Shown: piece by piece, positions 60,301 to 64,000 of the stretch
Numbering within the stretch: position 1 is the first letter of the stretch
How the letters are laid out: each line of letters begins with the position of its first letter
NCBI GenBank assembly: GCA_963169695.1
Contig: CAUJDS010000060.1
Coordinates: 64,780 to 128,779, forward strand
Direction of reading: 5' to 3'
From: Bdellovibrionota bacterium
GTDB lineage: Bacteria > Bdellovibrionota > UBA1018 > CAUJDS01
DNA length: 64,000 nucleotides
Translations under genes and position numbers: made by a program
Notes under the pieces: model-generated
Database searches by the model: none
What the model saw: the letters and a program-made list of their open reading frames with translations, nothing else
Told to the model about the DNA's origin: nothing

Positions 60301-63300
60301 AAGCTTTGCTCATAGCGCCGAGTCAGCTCTTGATGCAGATAGGGATGTTCGTGGCGCAGACGGTTCAAGAATTGGTATTCGGCTTCCTTTTTTGCAGCAA
60401 GCGAGGTTGTCCGCGGTGCAACCTGCTTTAGGTAGCCCTGATTTAAGTCCGTCAAGGCCTGATAGCGTTTTTGAAGCTGAGCTTCCACGCCAGGATTTCG
60501 AGCGAAGAGCTTTTCTAAGCTGCGAGCACTCGCAAGGTCTACACGGTACTTCTTGAGTGCGGTAATCAAGCCCGGATCCAAGGAGCCGCTGAGGTCTAGG
60601 TCTGCCAAGGTCTGGCCAGAAGCATTTCCGCTCTTAGAGAAAAGCTCCATAAACTCTTCAAAATCCTTCGTGGTCATTCCCTTCCAGGTATTGCCAGTGG
60701 CACGAGTGGTTTCGGCGACGTCGAGCATTTCTTCCACGCCATTTTGTCGCATAAAGTGGAGAAAGTCCTCAAACTCGGGATGGGCTTGAACCGCTGCTCG
60801 AATTTGTTGTACCCGGGATTGGGAGAGTTGAAGGGTGCTGTATGAAACAGCGGTTTCTACATTGACGGTTCGAACCGGCCATCGAAATGGCCAAAGCGGA
60901 CGATCCCACCGTAGTGGAAACTGCAAAGCATACCTTTTTCGTTTTACGGTTTCGGTGACGTTGAAGCCATCCGTCCCATAGAAGTCATTTAGTGTGAATC
61001 GGGGTTCGACGGTGGTCGGTGTTGTGGTTATTTTGACCGATGAGACAGGAGCGTTGGGATCTCCGGGGAGTCCTGCCGGCGTTTCGATTGGCATAATCTC
61101 AGCAACGAGGTTACCTGGCTCTAGTCCCTTAAAGTATTTGGATCCCGTTACTTCAAAGACCACATAGTCCGAAAAGCTTGGCTTAGGAGCCATTGCTTGA
61201 ATGCCATTGCGAAGGGAGTTGCGAAAGGGAATGAGGCGCTGAAGCCATCCATCGGTTTGAATCCAGTTGCCAATTCCGCCTCGAAATCCAAGTCGGTTCT
61301 GAATAAATCCATCACGCCAAAACCATGATGTATCTGCGCGGTAACGTCTCCAAAGTTCTCGGTAGGTCTTTGGAAAATATTTCTTAAGATCGGTCACTAA
61401 TTTGGAACGATATCCCGCAAGTTCTTGGGCGGGGATGATTTGCTTTCCGCCAATCCGCGCTTTGGCTCCTCGGATGCTGACTACATGATCTTCGATGAGT
61501 TGTTGGAGTTGATCAAAATTCTTCTGTGCTATCTCTGGTCGAAATGCTGGACTTCCCACTCTTCGAAGTTTAGCCAGGTCGTCGATTCCTTCTTCATACA
61601 TTCCGTACTCTTTTAAGTATCTGAGCTGTCGGTTGTGGCTAGCGGGATCTAAGGCGAGACGAAGCCGATTGTCTTGTACCTCGCGGACGGCTAGGCGCTT
61701 GTCCATGTTTTTTAGAAGGTGATTAAATGGAATGTTTTCTTTGATGGTTCCAACTACGGGCACCGCGCTCTTACCTGCAGCAACACGAAGGTAAAAGAGA
61801 GAAGCCGCTTGGACGCTGATCAAGCCCAGAGAGAGGTACCAGTTATTTAGAGCTTCCTGGCTCATGAGTAGGTTCTGATCAACAGTAGCAGGGTCTACAT
61901 GGGCCAAGGGCTCTCCATTGCGGTCGATGGTGTACTGAAGGGCTTCAAAGAGATGAGGAAGTTCTCCTATGGCGTTGAAGTAAAGTTGGCTAGATGCACC
62001 TGTGGTGAGAGCAAGGTCAGTAACGAGCATAGCCATGGCGAGCCATTCTGACGGAAAAAGAAGCAGAGTGAGCCCAGTGCCAACTCCAGACCCTATTAAG
62101 GACCAATGCAAGAGGCGATTGGATCGCTCAGTCTCAGCCATCATGGAATTATAGAAGGGGAGGAGATTGTCAAAACTTGCTTTGACTTGCTCGGGCTTGA
62201 AACCAAAGCTTGAGGCGAGCATCTTTTGAAGGTTCTCTGAGGATTGAAAGACTGGAATAAGAATAGAGAAATAGCGCAAATAATCTTCGGCATTGCCAGA
62301 TTCATGAATTTCTTCGTCGGAAATGGTTTGTTTCTCAAGGCTCGAATCGAAGAGAGCGTTCTCGGGGAGCATGTGAAGGACACGAGAAGTCATACCAAAG
62401 AATCCCTTGGGCGTCTGTCTGCGGGTCATAGCCAGAAGGGATGTGTTGAGATGAAGCATCCGCTTTTCCCATGCCTGGTAGTGAAGCTCGTCCGCCACGG
62501 AAAGGAGATTTCGGAGGCCTGAACTGAGGTCGTCGTCTTCTACTGCATGAAAAATGCTTGATTTGAGGTCTTCGAGAGGAACTTCTGAAATTTCGTTGCG
62601 TAGAACGATTTCGAGATTTTTAGGAAGCGTGCCCTGATTCCAACGAAGGATCTTTCCAAATTCTGGATTGCGGCTATTGATTTGTAGGTACTGATAAAAG
62701 GCGAGGGCAGCGTAAGCCTCATAGAGAAAAGGAAGCTTGAGTTCTTTGCGGACGGGATTGCGGTATTCACCCAAGATCTGGGTCAGGTGAGCAAAAAGCC
62801 TGGTGTTGATTTTATTTGGCAGGATGTCCGAAGGAATCGGTGCCGCAAGAATGCGGTTACTGTCCTTTAGAAATTCTTGCTGCTGCTTGGATCGAATTTC
62901 AGCGACGACCGCGGCTGGAATATTTTTCCCCTGAGCCAGAACTCGGTCATACTCCCAGACCATGAGAGAATCGATCATGGAATAGATCAGTGCGGTTTGC
63001 CCAAGGGGAGAGGTACCGTGAAAAAGGTTTTTCTGGTCCCGCGTGGTAGTTTTGTCGTCTTGAATCGTCAGAAAGCGCTGAAAATCTGGAAAGAGCTCCT
63101 TTGGATAAGCTCGCTGGTAAGCCTCGAGCAAATGTTCGGTCTTGCCTTGGTTGTAGGCAATGGCCTTATCGCCAAAGAAGTTTTCGCCATACTCAACATG
63201 CTGCCTTCGCGTGATCAGAAGCAATGCTGTGGTGAGCTTGGCCGCGGCCATCAGCGGCAGCAATCCGTTTTTGCCGATTTCGAGCGATTGAGTCTTATCT

Positions 63301-63542
63301 TTGACCTGTGCAAGAACTTCCGTACCCGCCACCGCGGAAGAAGGAGCGGCAAGCGTGGACTCTAAGGTCAATCGTCCACCATCGTTGGAAGCTTCTGGGG
63401 CGCTGTCTTCTTCCGTAGTTTCGTCAGAAGCCTGTGCGTTGGAGGTGGGATAAAAAGGGGCAATAGAACTGAGTGTGAAAACCCAAAGTAGAAGAAGCGA
63501 TAAGGTCCACTGTCGATTGGAAGAGAGATTATGCTGATTCAC
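57378..63542 (-). CDS. Giant hypothetical secreted/membrane-associated protein (2054 aa)
   Basis: Uninterrupted 6165-nt ORF. N-terminal Sec signal (WTLSLLLLWVFTLSSIAPFYPTSNAQA). Internal hydrophobic segments. ATG overlaps the upstream ORF by 4 nt. Confidence 0.6.
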   Translation of the reverse strand: MNQHNLSSNRQWTLSLLLLWVFTLSSIAPFYPTSNAQASDETTEEDSAPEASNDGGRLTLESTLAAPSSAVAGTEVLAQVKDKTQSLEIGKNGLLPLMAAAKLTTALLLITRRQHVEYGENFFGDKAIAYNQGKTEHLLEAYQRAYPKELFPDFQRFLTIQDDKTTTRDQKNLFHGTSPLGQTALIYSMIDSLMVWEYDRVLAQGKNIPAAVVAEIRSKQQQEFLKDSNRILAAPIPSDILPNKINTRLFAHLTQILGEYRNPVRKELKLPFLYEAYAALAFYQYLQINSRNPEFGKILRWNQGTLPKNLEIVLRNEISEVPLEDLKSSIFHAVEDDDLSSGLRNLLSVADELHYQAWEKRMLHLNTSLLAMTRRQTPKGFFGMTSRVLHMLPENALFDSSLEKQTISDEEIHESGNAEDYLRYFSILIPVFQSSENLQKMLASSFGFKPEQVKASFDNLLPFYNSMMAETERSNRLLHWSLIGSGVGTGLTLLLFPSEWLAMAMLVTDLALTTGASSQLYFNAIGELPHLFEALQYTIDRNGEPLAHVDPATVDQNLLMSQEALNNWYLSLGLISVQAASLFYLRVAAGKSAVPVVGTIKENIPFNHLLKNMDKRLAVREVQDNRLRLALDPASHNRQLRYLKEYGMYEEGIDDLAKLRRVGSPAFRPEIAQKNFDQLQQLIEDHVVSIRGAKARIGGKQIIPAQELAGYRSKLVTDLKKYFPKTYRELWRRYRADTSWFWRDGFIQNRLGFRGGIGNWIQTDGWLQRLIPFRNSLRNGIQAMAPKPSFSDYVVFEVTGSKYFKGLEPGNLVAEIMPIETPAGLPGDPNAPVSSVKITTTPTTVEPRFTLNDFYGTDGFNVTETVKRKRYALQFPLRWDRPLWPFRWPVRTVNVETAVSYSTLQLSQSRVQQIRAAVQAHPEFEDFLHFMRQNGVEEMLDVAETTRATGNTWKGMTTKDFEEFMELFSKSGNASGQTLADLDLSGSLDPGLITALKKYRVDLASARSLEKLFARNPGVEAQLQKRYQALTDLNQGYLKQVAPRTTSLAAKKEAEYQFLNRLRHEHPYLHQELTRRYEQSLGRTQADTYASYVSRSIDEGARKLATPNAINQRAFNHIETSRLGHTAFLENAELARFSIPGATQSEVDYWLEVGNRFRIFFQYAADIKLTQNPFRQFFQAFSVRGRALIRLIRNYRNLRDASYMDLLKIGRSRKLAEGVIRSLHSETQLLQLARQNAVLGRHPEVMRMASIHADGNRLELLRSIQRENNGPASMTLIKAGRNAAEKIPTFNQGESLAQWLVRYQLRSGMDPLRGLRTVKVLRMPIATVKTFVKGASKLVNGVGSATYRAALGSRGPQYWQYARWGLLAEWTAGMAGDLLTRDGKVDFNLDNKDFNEILLHRMSNSGMLVFLMPFALQSRSMKGAMATQSAFTLLWSGSLATAHQIMVSGQRDFSVNGAMSASNYAKTSILYGNVFELPFAMATAPLQLSLGKLGGIPGAAGQLLVAGVDRFTSAALFNELTEKDGLINKGVQDAAAGFPRAQFIGQPQVDKIMEQLAIAEKNGVREITMMASGFPDEARYAGDFLDGLKFDEIQLVDPENKMTLEDLVEALGMSQEELTQGEGKIFDQQYKNLRLETDDIRRGLVRLAQQKGASQPEDKTWTHWIKSWFVSDTQPSLAPHEASHRAFESKIMRSDDPRAYLKPMLEESLTPLEKKLVALSKERDREKGILDRGVNLGGETIPSGIVFTQRTETADLPPEDQEDDHDPFNLEPLWQKVLGEMTESGWGFDWLLENTGWVYKQYLRNPMNPNEPLLKSVVVIGRHQNVLFILGPDGFQQIEPKIFAIRLPAKKKDGTDLVIEDGFVMTPTVESDLPDPLKAIPSLWLDPKKVEAEKRKKEGKPLSEDELLHNLAEERNALDGTWTALAKKAGSYFGLWTPPLPQPSEPTALDFDPHTSLGAFLHSVIVGIQEDPGNPIYQDVAKIKVVRRILPIESPANGTKNLDFSYILTRRWFLDHFELLDKDGKVLESVDWKIDRGTRINPTRWLEEQREKRK

Positions 63543-64000
63543 TTCTTTCGTCCTTCGGTAGTTGCATCTTGATTAAGCAGGTCCCTTTTTAGTTGAAGTT
63601 CAAAGGGAGTCAACTGGGAGAGTGAAATTTCTTCGGGCACCGAGAGCTTGATCGTCAAGGCTCTGTCCTTGGTCGACGCTAGGATCTCAGCGTAGGCAGC
63701 CTGGTCCAATTCTGGGAGTGCGCTGGAGAGTTGTTGAGTCCATTCCTTGAGCATTGCCGAGAAGGTCAAAACGTCGTCAAGGGAGGGCTGCGGATTGCTA
63801 CCAAGTTCTTGGAGATTCTTCTTCAATGAAGCAAGGCCGGATCTCAGAGACTCTTGAGTGACGCCCGAGAAGTTATCTTCGGCTACGCGAGGCAAGAGGG
63901 CAATTTCTAACTGTTGAAGTTCTGCTTCGAAAGCTTCCCGCGGAAAAATCCGAATACCTAGGCTCACGAGGCCCGCTTCAGTGTCCTGAAGGTGTTGCTC
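63539..64000 (-). CDS. Hypothetical protein, partial (open reading frame continues past the window end)
   Basis: The frame is open from the window edge. The track start is a GTG at 63967. Stop overlaps the giant gene start. Acidic, helical. Confidence 0.35.
   Translation of the reverse strand, partial: EQHLQDTEAGLVSLGIRIFPREAFEAELQQLEIALLPRVAEDNFSGVTQESLRSGLASLKKNLQELGSNPQPSLDDVLTFSAMLKEWTQQLSSALPELDQAAYAEILASTKDRALTIKLSVPEEISLSQLTPFELQLKRDLLNQDATTEGRKK

Noticed and set aside
1-64000. Searched for CRISPR arrays, tRNA or rRNA genes, tmRNA ends, transposase or integrase genes
   Set aside because: No regularly spaced direct repeats, no tRNA-like acceptor or T-arm sequences in intergenic spacers, and no recombinase-like ORFs were seen.

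Overview
This is a dense 64-kb chromosomal window of about 50% GC with roughly 55 protein-coding genes. I found no rRNA, tRNA, CRISPR array, transposase or integrase. Many genes are tightly packed and translationally coupled through ATGA or GTGA stop/start overlaps.

Recognisable content:
- A type II secretion block gspC-gspD-gspE on the minus strand at the left edge; gspE is cut by the window start.
- An acyl-CoA dehydrogenase and a CarD/CdnL regulator driven by a near-consensus sigma70 promoter.
- gltX-cysS.
- A thiamine salvage operon thiM-thiE-thiD preceded by a clear TPP riboswitch.
- A nadA-flavin reductase-hmgA operon.
- A TCA block icd-mdh-sucC-sucD-ndk-nadE.
- An OmpR-type orphan response regulator divergent from acs.
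- gpmA-mtnP, a secreted endonuclease/exonuclease/phosphatase-fold protein, and selD-selU (tRNA 2-selenouridine).
- ileS, a HIT protein, an MFS transporter, a cation-diffusion-facilitator exporter and an ETHE1-like persulfide dioxygenase.
- fumC sitting inside a long minus-strand gene string at the right end.

That string is the most unusual locus. It contains a 2054-aa signal-peptide-bearing giant protein followed, 10 nt later, by two tandem ECF-sigma-like genes that each carry an N-terminal hydrophobic extension, with no recognisable anti-sigma factor.

Other candidates for follow-up are a phage-endolysin-like M15 peptidase that lacks a signal peptide and is coupled to a lipoprotein gene, a 910-aa membrane-anchored coiled-coil protein, a His-rich periplasmic protein divergent from the cation-diffusion-facilitator exporter, and a 250-aa unknown gene translationally coupled to acs.

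The many Sec-signal hypothetical proteins and the GC content suggest a Bdellovibrio-like predatory bacterium. This is inference only and was not checked against any database.
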